Source of the DNA: an uncultured Burkholderiales bacterium
Lineage (GTDB): Bacteria > Pseudomonadota > Gammaproteobacteria > Burkholderiales > Burkholderiaceae_C
Reading direction: 5' to 3'
Assembly: GCA_903887655.1 (NCBI GenBank)
Contig: CAISQQ010000148.1
Coordinates: 1-37,988 of the forward strand
Length of the DNA: 37,988 nt
The notes below the pieces were generated by a model. The model made no database searches. It worked only from the letters and a program-made list of their open reading frames with translations, and was not told the DNA's origin. Shown one piece after another: positions 1 through 9,762 of the stretch (position 1 is the stretch's first letter; every line of letters starts with the position of its first letter). The position numbers and the translations under genes were made by a program.

Positions 1-270
1 CCGCCCCACGATGGCCACCAGCCCACAGTGCTGAAGGGCGGGATCCATCTTGGTGGGCTCACCACTCGCTGCGCTCGTGCCCGCATTGGCCAACTCGGCC
101 AGCATGCGGTCCACATCGGCCAAAGGCGAGGCGGCAAGCGCCTCAGGGGCCTGGGTGGAGGCGCTGGGCTTGGCGACTTTGCTCGACTGGGTGGACTTCG
201 GTCTTGGGGTCTTGGCCTTGGTTGCTTTTACAAGCGCTGGTGGCGGGTCGTCATGGGCAGAAGTGGTCAT
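1..270 (-). CDS. era: GTPase Era, 5' portion (runs off the window), with ~80-aa N-terminal extension
   Basis: Hand translation from the ATG at 270, which overlaps the rnc stop (ATGA): MTTSAHDDPPP...MDPALQHCGLVAIVGR. This is the start of the Era G1 motif. Matches the canonical rnc-era order. Not in the ORF track. Confidence 0.9.
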   Translation of the reverse strand, partial: MTTSAHDDPPPALVKATKAKTPRPKSTQSSKVAKPSASTQAPEALAASPLADVDRMLAELANAGTSAASGEPTKMDPALQHCGLVAIVGR

Positions 271-965
271 GGTTTCATTTCTTGAATAGCGGTCAGCATG
301 GCCTGTGCAGCCACTTGTTCGGCCGCCCGGCGCGAGCCCCCAATGCCGCGCTCAATCAACGACAACTCAGGCACCTCACACTCGACATCAAAGGTTTGTT
401 GGTGCGCAGCACCCAGGGTGCCCACCACGCGGTAGATGGGCAGCTTGAAGCGCTTGGCTTGGAGCCACTCTTGGAGTTCGGTTTTAGGGTCTTTGGAGGC
501 GGCTTGCATGCCGGGGTTGATTTCAATGGGCTCAAAGAGTCGAAACACCAAGGCTTCTGCGGCCTCATAACCAGCGTCCAAAAACACCGCACCAATCAAG
601 GCCTCCAAGGCATCGGCCAAAATCGAGGGTCTTTTTTGTCCGCCCGATTTCATCTCCCCCTCGCCCAAGCGAATGAGGGTCGAGAGTTGCAACTCCAAGG
701 CCAAACGAAACAAGGTGTCTTGCTTGACCAAATTGGCCCGCACACGCGAGAGATCGCCTTCGGGCAAGTTGGGCAGCGCCACGTAAAGCATGCGAGACAC
801 CGCCAAGTTCAAGACGGTGTCGCCCAAAAATTCCAGCCTCTCGTTGTGCTCGGCACCAAAACTGCGGTGCGTGAGCGCCAACTCCAACAATGCGAGGTTC
901 ACAAAACTCACCTTCAAGCGCTCGAGCAAGGCCAGGGTCTCGGGGCTGGGGGTGGAGCGTTTCAT
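267..965 (-). CDS. rnc: Ribonuclease III
   Basis: ALTHRS, NERLEFLGD signature, ADALEALIGA and C-terminal dsRBD (DPKTELQE). Start set at ATG 965, just after the lepB stop; the ORF track starts at 1004. Confidence 0.97.
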   Translation of the reverse strand: MKRSTPSPETLALLERLKVSFVNLALLELALTHRSFGAEHNERLEFLGDTVLNLAVSRMLYVALPNLPEGDLSRVRANLVKQDTLFRLALELQLSTLIRLGEGEMKSGGQKRPSILADALEALIGAVFLDAGYEAAEALVFRLFEPIEINPGMQAASKDPKTELQEWLQAKRFKLPIYRVVGTLGAAHQQTFDVECEVPELSLIERGIGGSRRAAEQVAAQAMLTAIQEMKP

Positions 966-969
966 GGGC

Positions 970-1965
970 TCAATCGAAGGCGCCAATGCGCTTGAGGTTG
1001 CCAAAATTCATCCAGACAAAAAACGCCCGGCCCACCACGTTGCTGTCGGGCACGAAGCCCCAATAGCGTGAATCCAAAGAGTTGTCACGGTTGTCACCCA
1101 TCATGAAGTAGTGACCGGCAGGAACCTTGCACACCACCCCATCGACACTGTACTGACAGTTGTCTTTGAACGCATAGTTGTCCGCTCCTGAGACAAAGGC
1201 CGGACGGTCGGGCTCATTCAAGAGCCGGTGGGTCACACGCGGCGCCTGACCATCGGTGGGATTGGCCTTGGGGAGGACCTCTTCATACTGCTTGATGTAG
1301 CGCAAAGACTCCTCTTCAAAGAAGTCAGGCACCGCCGTTTTGCTGATCTCGACCCCATTGATCTTCAACTCTTTGTTGAGATAGGAGACGGTGTCGCCGG
1401 GCAAGCCCACCACGCGTTTGATGTAGTCCAGGCTTGGGTTCGGTGGGTAACGAAACACCATCACATCACCGCGCTGAACGGGCGAACCCTCGGTGATCTT
1501 GGTATTGAGCACCGGCAAGCGAATGCCGTAATGGAATTTATTGACCAAAATCAAGTCGCCCACCCACAGGGTTGGGATCATGGAGCCAGATGGAATTTTA
1601 AAAGGCTCAAAAAGAAAGGAGCGCAGTACAAACACCACCAAAATCACAGGAAAGAGACCTGCGGTCCAATCGAGCCACCAAGGCTGGCGCAGCACCTCTT
1701 CGCGCGCTTGCAAAAGGTCCACACTGGAAGGGGTCAAACCCATTTTTTCAAGCTCTTGTTGGCGCGCGATCTCACGCGTCTCAATGGCCTGTGCCGCTTT
1801 TTGGCGTTGGGGTAAAAATAAGGCCTTCTCGAGCACCCAGTAAACACCGCTCACCGAGGTGGCCAAAAACAGCAGCAGTGCAAAGTTGCCCTCGAGTGCG
1901 CCCAAATACCAAGCCCCAATGTAAGCGGAGAAAGCGGCCAAAATGATGGCAGTGATGATTTGCAC
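970..1965 (-). CDS. lepB: Signal peptidase I
   Basis: IPSGSMIPTL (catalytic Ser), DYIKRVVG (Lys), GDNRDNSLDSR; N-terminal TM segments; follows lepA. Confidence 0.97.
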   Translation of the reverse strand: MQIITAIILAAFSAYIGAWYLGALEGNFALLLFLATSVSGVYWVLEKALFLPQRQKAAQAIETREIARQQELEKMGLTPSSVDLLQAREEVLRQPWWLDWTAGLFPVILVVFVLRSFLFEPFKIPSGSMIPTLWVGDLILVNKFHYGIRLPVLNTKITEGSPVQRGDVMVFRYPPNPSLDYIKRVVGLPGDTVSYLNKELKINGVEISKTAVPDFFEEESLRYIKQYEEVLPKANPTDGQAPRVTHRLLNEPDRPAFVSGADNYAFKDNCQYSVDGVVCKVPAGHYFMMGDNRDNSLDSRYWGFVPDSNVVGRAFFVWMNFGNLKRIGAFD

Positions 1966-1966
1966 G

Positions 1967-3778
1967 TCAATCCTCCACTTGCAAGATGGCCAGAAAAGCT
2001 TCTTGAGGCACTTCGACCGAACCGATTTGTTTCATGCGTTTTTTCCCTGCTTTTTGTTTCTCGAGGAGTTTTTTCTTTCGGGTGATGTCGCCACCGTAGC
2101 ACTTGGCGATCACGTTTTTACGCAAGGCTTTGATGCTTTCTCGAGCGATGATGTTAGCACCAATGGCCGCTTGGATGGCCACGTCAAACATTTGTCGAGA
2201 GATGATTTCGCGCATCTTGGCCGCCACGGCACGTCCGCGGTACTGTGACTGCGAGCGGTGCACGATGATCGACAGGGCATCGACTTTTTCCCCGTTGAGC
2301 AAGATATCGACCTTGACCACATCCGAGGCGCGGTACTCCTTGAAGTCATAGTCCATCGAGGCATAGCCGCGAGAGACCGATTTCAATTTATCAAAGAAGT
2401 CGAGCACAATCTCACCCAGGGGCATCTCGTAGGTGAGCATAACTTGGCGGCCATGGTAGGCCATGTTCAATTGGACACCGCGCTTTTGATTGGCGAGAGT
2501 CATCACCGCGCCGACGTACTCTTGCGGCATGTACAGGTGAACGGTGACGATGGGTTCCCGAATCTCTTCAATCTTGCCTTGATCGGGCATCTTGGAGGGG
2601 TTCTCCACCATGATGAGCTCACCATCGGCTTTGAGCACTTGATAGACGACACTGGGGGCGGTCGTGATCAAGTCTTGATCAAACTCGCGCTCGAGGCGCT
2701 CTTGCACGATTTCCATGTGCAGCAGCCCCAAAAAGCCACAGCGAAATCCAAAGCCCAAGGCCTGGGAGACTTCGGGCTCGTAGTGCAAGGACGAATCGTT
2801 GAGTTTTAACTTCTCCAAACTGTCCCTGAGGGAGTCGTACTGGTTGGCCTCGGTGGGGTAAAGACCGGCAAACACCTGAGGCTGTATTTCTTTAAAGCCC
2901 GGCAAGGCCTGGGTGGCCGTGGCCAAATGGCCACCACTGCCCGTTTTGATTTTGGTGATGGTGTCCCCCACCTTGGCCACTTGGAGCTCCTTGATGCCGG
3001 CAATGATGTAGCCCACCTCACCGGCTTTGAGGCTGTCGCGAGGCACATTGGTGGGCGTAAACACACCCAAATTGTCGGCCAAGTAGCTCGCTTGGGTGGC
3101 CATCATTTGAATGCGCTCACCGCGGGCAATGAAGCCGTCGACCACGCGCACGAGCATCACGACACCCACATAGTTGTCAAACCAGCTGTCAATGATCATG
3201 GCGCGAAGCGCCGCCTCGGGGTCACCCTTGGGTTGGGGCACGTGCGCGACGATGGCTTCCAAAATTTCATCGATCCCCATGCCCGTCTTGGCCGAACAGG
3301 GGATGGCGCTCGAGGCGTCAATGCCAATCACGTCTTCAATTTCAGCAATGGCGTTGTCAGGATCGGCCTGGGGCAAGTCCATCTTATTGAGAACGGGCAA
3401 CACCTCAACCCCCAAGTCGAGTGCGGTGTAACAGTTGGCCACGGTTTGTGCTTCCACACCTTGGCTCGCATCGACCACCAAGAGCGCGCCCTCACAAGCC
3501 GACAACGAGCGCGAGACCTCGTACGAGAAGTCCACATGGCCGGGTGTATCGATCAAATTGAGGTTGTAAACGATGCCATCGAGTGCTTTGTAATACAAGC
3601 AAGCGGTCTGCGCTTTGATGGTTATCCCACGCTCTTTTTCAATGTCCATGGAGTCGAGCACTTGCGCTTGCATCTCGCGCGCTTGCAAGCCACCACAACG
3701 CTGAATCAAGCGATCGGCCAAGGTCGACTTGCCATGATCGATGTGCGCAATGATTGAAAAATTTCTGATGTTATTCAT
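1967..3778 (-). CDS. lepA: Elongation factor 4 (LepA)
   Basis: [44 protein letters not shown]; ATG at 3778 (TTG at 3781 is an alternative). Confidence 0.99.
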   Translation of the reverse strand: MNNIRNFSIIAHIDHGKSTLADRLIQRCGGLQAREMQAQVLDSMDIEKERGITIKAQTACLYYKALDGIVYNLNLIDTPGHVDFSYEVSRSLSACEGALLVVDASQGVEAQTVANCYTALDLGVEVLPVLNKMDLPQADPDNAIAEIEDVIGIDASSAIPCSAKTGMGIDEILEAIVAHVPQPKGDPEAALRAMIIDSWFDNYVGVVMLVRVVDGFIARGERIQMMATQASYLADNLGVFTPTNVPRDSLKAGEVGYIIAGIKELQVAKVGDTITKIKTGSGGHLATATQALPGFKEIQPQVFAGLYPTEANQYDSLRDSLEKLKLNDSSLHYEPEVSQALGFGFRCGFLGLLHMEIVQERLEREFDQDLITTAPSVVYQVLKADGELIMVENPSKMPDQGKIEEIREPIVTVHLYMPQEYVGAVMTLANQKRGVQLNMAYHGRQVMLTYEMPLGEIVLDFFDKLKSVSRGYASMDYDFKEYRASDVVKVDILLNGEKVDALSIIVHRSQSQYRGRAVAAKMREIISRQMFDVAIQAAIGANIIARESIKALRKNVIAKCYGGDITRKKKLLEKQKAGKKRMKQIGSVEVPQEAFLAILQVED

Positions 3779-3820
3779 CAAGGGAGGGACTTAAGTGATT
3801 GAAATTAAACGCTCAAGGCA

Positions 3821-3852
3821 TAAAAAAGGGCGCGTCAGTGTTGACGCGCCCT
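3821..3852 (-). terminator. Rho-independent terminator-like hairpin ~40 nt upstream of lepA
   Basis: Minus strand AGGGCGCGTCA-ACAC-TGACGCGCCCT-TTTTTA: perfect 11-bp stem, 4-nt loop, U-tract. Confidence 0.75.
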
Positions 3853-3956
3853 GAACCAACGATCTTTTGGCAACTGCGAAAGTTGGAATCTTCATTGTAG
3901 GCAAAATTGCCCACTTGCACAGAGCCCGTTGGGCCAGTAAGGGTTCGTTGCCGGAC

Positions 3957-4048
3957 TGCAACACAGATGTTATACACAGCTTGTACACAAAAAGACCAGC
4001 CACTTCAGAGAACAAGTTGTGGGTGAGCTGTGGAGTAATTGTGGAGAC
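3957..4048. promoter_or_regulatory. Cluster of DnaA-box-like 9-mers
   Basis: TTATACACA 3970-3978 (consensus TTWTNCACA) and TTGTACACA 3981-3989. Opposite orientation: TGTGGGTGA 4018-4026, TGTGGAGTA 4029-4037, TGTGGAGAC 4040-4048. Each array has an 11-bp period. Confidence 0.6.
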
Positions 4049-4237
4049 TCGCTGATATGGACCATAAGTGACAAATTGGGGGCAAAAATAGGGTGAAACA
4101 AAGGCAACTTGGCGGGGATTCTAACTTATACAGTAGTAAAAAACCATTCTTTTTAAATCATCCTCCACCCAGAGGAGATCTGCGGGGGGCTTCAAAAATA
4201 AAAAAATATTTCTTGGGGTTGTGTGTTTTAAGTGGAT

Positions 4238-4276
4238 TTGACCCCATATCCGACTTCAGTATGGGGTCAATTGACC
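4238..4276. repeat. Inverted repeat/hairpin downstream of degP
   Basis: TTGACCCCATA-N11-TATGGGGTCAA (4238-4270), overlapped by the palindrome GGTCAATTGACC (4265-4276). Confidence 0.7.
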
Positions 4277-4341
4277 TGTCCGCTTGGGGGAGTGCTCACG
4301 CTCGCTGGCGCGGGCTCTGAGCGCCCCAGCAGCGTGGCGGC

Positions 4342-5943
4342 TTATTTGGTGGTCGGGCGAATGATGGCAAATTGGGCCCAAGCGCCTCGCCGAAACAAAA
4401 TATTGGTCGGTCGGGTCTTGTCCAGGCGCGACAAAATCGCTTCAAAGCCCTTGACCGAGGTGACATCGGTATTGGCCAGCGCCGTGATGATGTCGCCTTC
4501 ACGAAGACCGGCCTGGGCAGCCGCATCAACGGCTTGCTCGACGCGAACCCCAGCGCTCACTTTGAACTCCTTTTTTTGCTCCTCGCTCAAGTCACTCAAG
4601 GTGAGACCCAAGCTGGCGAGCGCATTGCCCGCAGCAGGCTTGTCTTTGCTGGCCTTGGCGAGCACGGGGGTGTCGGGCTCAAACTCACCGACGGTGACGG
4701 CGACCTCCTTGTTCGCGCCTCGCCGCCAAACCGACAGGAGTGCTTTGGTCCCAGGCTTGATGCTGCCCACCAAGCGCGGCAAATCAATCGAGCGCTCGAT
4801 GACTTTGCCATCCAACTTCAACACCACATCACCGGGCTCGAGACCCGCTTTCTCGGCGGGAGAGCCCGTCTCCACACTGCGCACCAAAGCACCTTGGGCT
4901 TTGCCCAGGCCGAGTGACTCGGCGAGATCTTTGCTCACTTGCTCAATTTGAATGCCAAGCTTGCCGCGTTGCACGCGCCCCAGGGTGCGCAATTGATCAG
5001 ACACCCGGATGGCCTCATCAATGGGAATGGCAAATGAAATCCCCATGAAACCACCCGAGCGTGAGTAAATCTGGCTGTTGATGCCCACCACCTCGCCGCG
5101 CATGTTGAGCAGCGGCCCACCGGAGTTGCCAGGGTTGATGGCCACATCGGTTTGAATGAAGGACAAATAGTCGCCGGTGTCGCGTTTTTTGGCGCTCACG
5201 ATGCCAGCCGTCACGGTGTTTTCTAGACCGAAAGGTGAACCAATGGCCATCACCCACTCACCGACTTTGAGGCGAGAGACATCGCCGATTTTGACCGCTG
5301 GCAAACCACTCGCCTCCACCTTGAGCAAAGCCACGTCCGTTCTCTTGTCCACGCCAATGATCTTGGCCTTGAACTCGCGCTTATCCGTCAAGGTCACCAA
5401 CACTTGATCGGCACCCTCCACCACGTGCGCATTGGTCATGATCAAGCCGTCAGCACTCAAAATAAATCCTGAACCCACCCCTTTGGTGAGCTCTTCCTCA
5501 GAGGGCTGGGCGGGAGGCGCATTGGGGGACTTGCGAGGTTGCCTGGGCGCATTGGGGCCCGCACCCGGCGCATTGGGAAACGGCACACCAAAAAAGCGCC
5601 GAAACAACTCCTGCATGTCTTGGTCTTCGGGCGAGTCCTGCCCATTGCCGCGGACACTGACTTTTTCCAACGTTTTGATATTGACCACCGAGGGTCCCAC
5701 GAGTTCGACCAAATCGGTGAAATCGGGCAGCGTGCGCACCCCACTGATGTTGCTGGGCACATTGGCCGGGGCAGGTGCAGGTGCAGGCACGGCGGCGCCT
5801 GCCGCAGCGCTGGTCCCTGGCGCGCTGGCCATTGGGGTCGCGGCCCAACTCAGCCCAGGACTCACAACCATCGCCCACACTGTGGCGAGGGCCATGAAAC
5901 GCTTGGGAATGCTCAAGGAATTGAACTGGAGGACACTGTGCAT
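4342..5943 (-). CDS. DegP/DegQ/MucD-family periplasmic serine endoprotease with two PDZ domains
   Basis: Signal peptide; TNAHVV, DVAL and INPGNSGGPL triad motifs; two PDZ-like C-terminal domains; occupies the mucD position upstream of lepA. Confidence 0.95.
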   Translation of the reverse strand: MHSVLQFNSLSIPKRFMALATVWAMVVSPGLSWAATPMASAPGTSAAAGAAVPAPAPAPANVPSNISGVRTLPDFTDLVELVGPSVVNIKTLEKVSVRGNGQDSPEDQDMQELFRRFFGVPFPNAPGAGPNAPRQPRKSPNAPPAQPSEEELTKGVGSGFILSADGLIMTNAHVVEGADQVLVTLTDKREFKAKIIGVDKRTDVALLKVEASGLPAVKIGDVSRLKVGEWVMAIGSPFGLENTVTAGIVSAKKRDTGDYLSFIQTDVAINPGNSGGPLLNMRGEVVGINSQIYSRSGGFMGISFAIPIDEAIRVSDQLRTLGRVQRGKLGIQIEQVSKDLAESLGLGKAQGALVRSVETGSPAEKAGLEPGDVVLKLDGKVIERSIDLPRLVGSIKPGTKALLSVWRRGANKEVAVTVGEFEPDTPVLAKASKDKPAAGNALASLGLTLSDLSEEQKKEFKVSAGVRVEQAVDAAAQAGLREGDIITALANTDVTSVKGFEAILSRLDKTRPTNILFRRGAWAQFAIIRPTTK

Positions 5944-6030
5944 GGATAAACTCCGAAAAAAATAGGGCGATCAGATCATCACGGGGCACATCTCGAGCCC
6001 GGGCTCCAAGCCGCTCAAGCTGTGGGGCAT

Positions 6031-6058
6031 AGGTGGGGGAAGAGTTCTGATTTGCAAG
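6031..6058 (-). promoter_or_regulatory. Putative sigma32 (RpoH) promoter for degP
   Basis: Minus strand CTTGCA-N14-CCCCACCT versus the RpoH consensus CTTGAA-N13/14-CCCCATNT, ~90 bp upstream of the ATG. Confidence 0.55.
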
Positions 6059-6284
6059 GGGGCTTTACTTGAGCTTGACCCGTCCCAAGCGCGCGAGCCC
6101 AGGCTTCAAAACTGCTGCCCCCCCTAGGGTGCAGCTGGCTCACGAAGTCTCAAAGGCATGGATTGACTATTTTTGCACAAGACACGGCGCGCTGTTGGGG
6201 CCATGAACATGTGGGGCGATGGGTCCTGAACTACGCCCATTGAAGCGAGCGGGTGTGTGAGCACCAACTCGCAAAACGCTCGGG

Positions 6285-7532
6285 TCAAACAAAGCGCTTA
6301 AAAATCAAGGTGCCATTGGTGCCACCGAAACCAAAATTGTTTTTCATCGCGAACTCGATGGGCATGTCGCGAGCGGTGTTGGCGCAGTAATCCAAATCAC
6401 ACTCGGGGTCAGGATTCATCAAATTGATGGTGGGTGGGCTTTTTTGATGGTGCAAAGCCAGCACCGTGAAGACGCTTTCAATGCCACCGGCACCACCGAG
6501 CAAGTGCCCGGTCATGGACTTGGTGGAGTTGACCACCAACTTGTGGGCGTGATCGCCAAAAGCGGCCTTGATCGCTTGTGTTTCATTGACGTCACCCAAG
6601 GGCGTTGATGTCCCATGGGCGTTCAAGTAATGGACTTGGTCGGCATTGATGCCGGCGTTGTTGAGCGCATGCGCCATGGCGCGCTTGGGGCCATCCATGT
6701 TGGGCGCCGTCATGTGACCCGCATCGCCACTCATCCCAAAACCAATGAGCTCGGCGTAAATTCGAGCCCCACGCTTTTTGGCGTATTCATATTCTTCCAA
6801 GACCACCGCACCGGCGCCTTCACCCAACACAAAACCATCGCGCTCTCGGTCCCAAGGGCGAGAGGCCTCTTGGGGGTGGTCGTTGCGGGTGGACAAAGCT
6901 CGCATGGCGGCAAAGCCACCCAAGCCAAGGGGTGATAGGGTGGCCTCGGCGCCACCGGCCACCATCACATCGGCGTCGCCATATTCGATGAGTCGACCGG
7001 CCATCCCAATGCTGTGCAGGCCCGTGGTGCAAGCCGTGGCCATGGCCAAGTTGGGGCCTTTAAAGCCCATTCGAATGGAGACGTGACCGGAGATCATGTT
7101 GATGATCGATGCGGGCACAAAAAAGGGTGAAATTCTGCGCGGGCCGCGGGCGGTCAACTCGGTGTGCATGGACTCGATCAGGGGCAAACCACCGATCCCT
7201 GAGCCCATGAGGCAACCAATGCGGTCGGCCTGTTCAGGGCTCAACCGATCGAGCGTGGGCAGACCTGAGTCAGCGACCGCTTGCAAAGCCGCCACAATGC
7301 CAAAATGAATGAACTCGTCCATCCCACGCGCTTCTTTGGCGCTGATGTAGGGCTCCAAGTCCAGTCCCTTGACCTCTCCGGCAAAATGGCAAGCAAAGCC
7401 AGTGGCATCGAACTTCTTGATCAGATCAATGCCACTGCGCCCAGCCAATAGATTGGACCAAGACTCTTCATACGTGTTCCCCACGGGACTGACGCATCCA
7501 AGCCCAGTCACGACAACGCGACGTCGGGTCAT
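6285..7532 (-). CDS. fabF: 3-oxoacyl-ACP synthase II
   Basis: [15 protein letters not shown] (catalytic Cys), [21 protein letters not shown]. Confidence 0.98.
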   Translation of the reverse strand: MTRRRVVVTGLGCVSPVGNTYEESWSNLLAGRSGIDLIKKFDATGFACHFAGEVKGLDLEPYISAKEARGMDEFIHFGIVAALQAVADSGLPTLDRLSPEQADRIGCLMGSGIGGLPLIESMHTELTARGPRRISPFFVPASIINMISGHVSIRMGFKGPNLAMATACTTGLHSIGMAGRLIEYGDADVMVAGGAEATLSPLGLGGFAAMRALSTRNDHPQEASRPWDRERDGFVLGEGAGAVVLEEYEYAKKRGARIYAELIGFGMSGDAGHMTAPNMDGPKRAMAHALNNAGINADQVHYLNAHGTSTPLGDVNETQAIKAAFGDHAHKLVVNSTKSMTGHLLGGAGGIESVFTVLALHHQKSPPTINLMNPDPECDLDYCANTARDMPIEFAMKNNFGFGGTNGTLIFKRFV

Positions 7533-7584
7533 GCGGTTTTAACTTTCTCTACCAACGCTTCTTGCTCTTTCAGCGGTATTTCCA

Positions 7585-7827
<243 letters not shown>

Positions 7828-7902
7828 TTACTCAGAGGGTTGTAATGGAATCAGCAATTTTACTCGCGCTGATGGGGCGAAAATTTTCACATTGTAAAAA
7901 AA

Positions 7903-8652
7903 TTACAACATCAACATACCGCCATTGACGTGCAACTCTTGGCCCGTGATGTAGGCGGCTTGGGGGCTGGCCAAAAAGGCAACGGCATGGGCCACATCGC
8001 TCACCGAGCCCAAATGGCCCAGGGGAATTTGGGCCAGCAAGGCGTCTTGCTGGGCCGGCGTCAAACTGGCGGTCATGTCGGTTTGGATGAAGCCCGGCGC
8101 CACACAATTGACGGTGATGCCTCGGGACCCCAGCTCGCGCGCCAACGCTCGGGTCATGCCGGCCACCCCAGCTTTGGCCGCCGCATAATTAGACTGACCC
8201 GGGTTGCCGCTCGCCCCCACCACACTCGTGATGTTGATGATGCGCCCCAAGCGCTGCTTCATCATTGGGCGAATCACCGCCCGCGAGAGTCGAAACACCG
8301 AACTCAAATTGGTTTGAATCACCTCGTCCCAGTCCTCATCTTTGAGCCGCATGGCCAACATGTCCTTGGTGATGCCCGCATTGTTGACCAAGACGTGCAA
8401 AGCGGAGAATTCGGCCAGCACCGCGGCCACCAACGCCTCGCAACCCTGGCGGTCATTGACATCGAGCACCACGCCTTTGCAGTGGGCGTAGGGCTTCAAA
8501 TCATGACTGATGCGAAGCGCCCCAGCTTCTGTCGTGGCCGTGCCAATGACCACCATGCCCGACTGGGCCAATTGCGTGGCAATGGCTTGCCCAATCCCGC
8601 GAGAGGCGCCGGTGACCAAGGCCACGGTGGGGGTGCTGTGTGTGTCGCTCAT
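7903..8652 (-). CDS. fabG: 3-oxoacyl-ACP reductase
   Basis: TGASRGIG, NNAGI and YAAAK SDR motifs; operon context. Confidence 0.98.
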   Translation of the reverse strand: MSDTHSTPTVALVTGASRGIGQAIATQLAQSGMVVIGTATTEAGALRISHDLKPYAHCKGVVLDVNDRQGCEALVAAVLAEFSALHVLVNNAGITKDMLAMRLKDEDWDEVIQTNLSSVFRLSRAVIRPMMKQRLGRIINITSVVGASGNPGQSNYAAAKAGVAGMTRALARELGSRGITVNCVAPGFIQTDMTASLTPAQQDALLAQIPLGHLGSVSDVAHAVAFLASPQAAYITGQELHVNGGMLML

Positions 8653-8714
8653 GCTCTGTCCTGGGTGAATGGTGGGGTTTGTTTGGGGGGGCGATCCAGC
8701 TCAGCGGATCGTGA

Positions 8715-9719
8715 TCAACTGTGGGGATCCTCGGCAAAGGGAGTGGAGGAAGTGGAAGGAGCGGTTTGCAAGGCCTGCAACACGCCTTGGAGATGGTCCC
8801 ACTCTTTGAGCGAGCAGCTCTCCAGATCGGGTGCAATGCGTTTGGTAAAACCACTGAGCACCTGACCGGGTCCGCACTCCACCACGGCCTGGATACCCAT
8901 GGACTGCATCGCCTGCACCGATTCAACCCAACGCACAGGGTGAAACGCTTGGCGAAACAAAGCCTCTTTGATCGCCTCGGATGTGCTCGGGCAGGCCACA
9001 TCGACATTGTTGAGCACGGGCACTTGCGGGGCAAGAAACGGCGTGTTGTCCAGCATGGCTTTCAATCGAACGGCCGCGGGCTTCATCAAGCTGCAATGAA
9101 AAGGGGCCGACACGGGCAACTTCAAGGCTCGCTTGGCCCCCAAGGCCTTCAAGGCCTCGCAGGCTTGGTCCACCCCAGCGAGCGTGCCGGCGATGACGGT
9201 TTGACCAGGGTCATTGAAGTTGACCGCTTGCACGATGTCGCTCGAGCCGCTCGAGACAAACCCGGCACTCAAGGCATCGCAGGCGTCTTTCACTTGCGCA
9301 CTGGGCAAACCCAAAATCGCCGCCATGGCCCCCACCCCCACGGCCACCGCTTCTTGCATGGCTTGGGCGCGAAAGCGCACCAAGGGCAGGGCCTGGGTCA
9401 AGCTCAGCACCCCGCTGGCCACCAATGCCGCGTACTCGCCCAAGGAGTGCCCGGCCACCACGGCGGGGGTCAGGCCAGTCTCTTGAAGCCAGACACGGTA
9501 GATGGCCACATCGGCCAAGAGCATCAGAGGCTGGGTATTGGTGGTGAGCGCCAAGGCTTCCTTGGGCCCTTCTCGCATCAACGCGCCCAAGTCCTCACCC
9601 AAGGCACGTTGGGCCTCGTCGAGTGAGCGTTGGACCTCAGGATGGGCTGACCACGAGTCGAGCATGCCCACAGATTGCGAGCCTTGCCCAGGAAAGACAA
9701 ATGCAAAAGGTTTGGTCAT
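8715..9719 (-). CDS. fabD: Malonyl-CoA:ACP transacylase
   Basis: FPGQGSQ, GHSLGE, VSAPFH. Confidence 0.98.
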   Translation of the reverse strand: MTKPFAFVFPGQGSQSVGMLDSWSAHPEVQRSLDEAQRALGEDLGALMREGPKEALALTTNTQPLMLLADVAIYRVWLQETGLTPAVVAGHSLGEYAALVASGVLSLTQALPLVRFRAQAMQEAVAVGVGAMAAILGLPSAQVKDACDALSAGFVSSGSSDIVQAVNFNDPGQTVIAGTLAGVDQACEALKALGAKRALKLPVSAPFHCSLMKPAAVRLKAMLDNTPFLAPQVPVLNNVDVACPSTSEAIKEALFRQAFHPVRWVESVQAMQSMGIQAVVECGPGQVLSGFTKRIAPDLESCSLKEWDHLQGVLQALQTAPSTSSTPFAEDPHS

Positions 9720-9762
9720 GATTGCAACTCCAGCAAATTGTTTGCGCCTAATGGGGACCCAC

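Noticed and set aside
4290-4298. GAGTGCTCA as a CIRCE half-site
   Set aside because: The TTAGCACTC left arm at 9-bp spacing is absent.
3791-4320. Short ORFs in the degP-lepA spacer
   Set aside because: No SD or family motifs; they overlap the terminator and DnaA-box elements.
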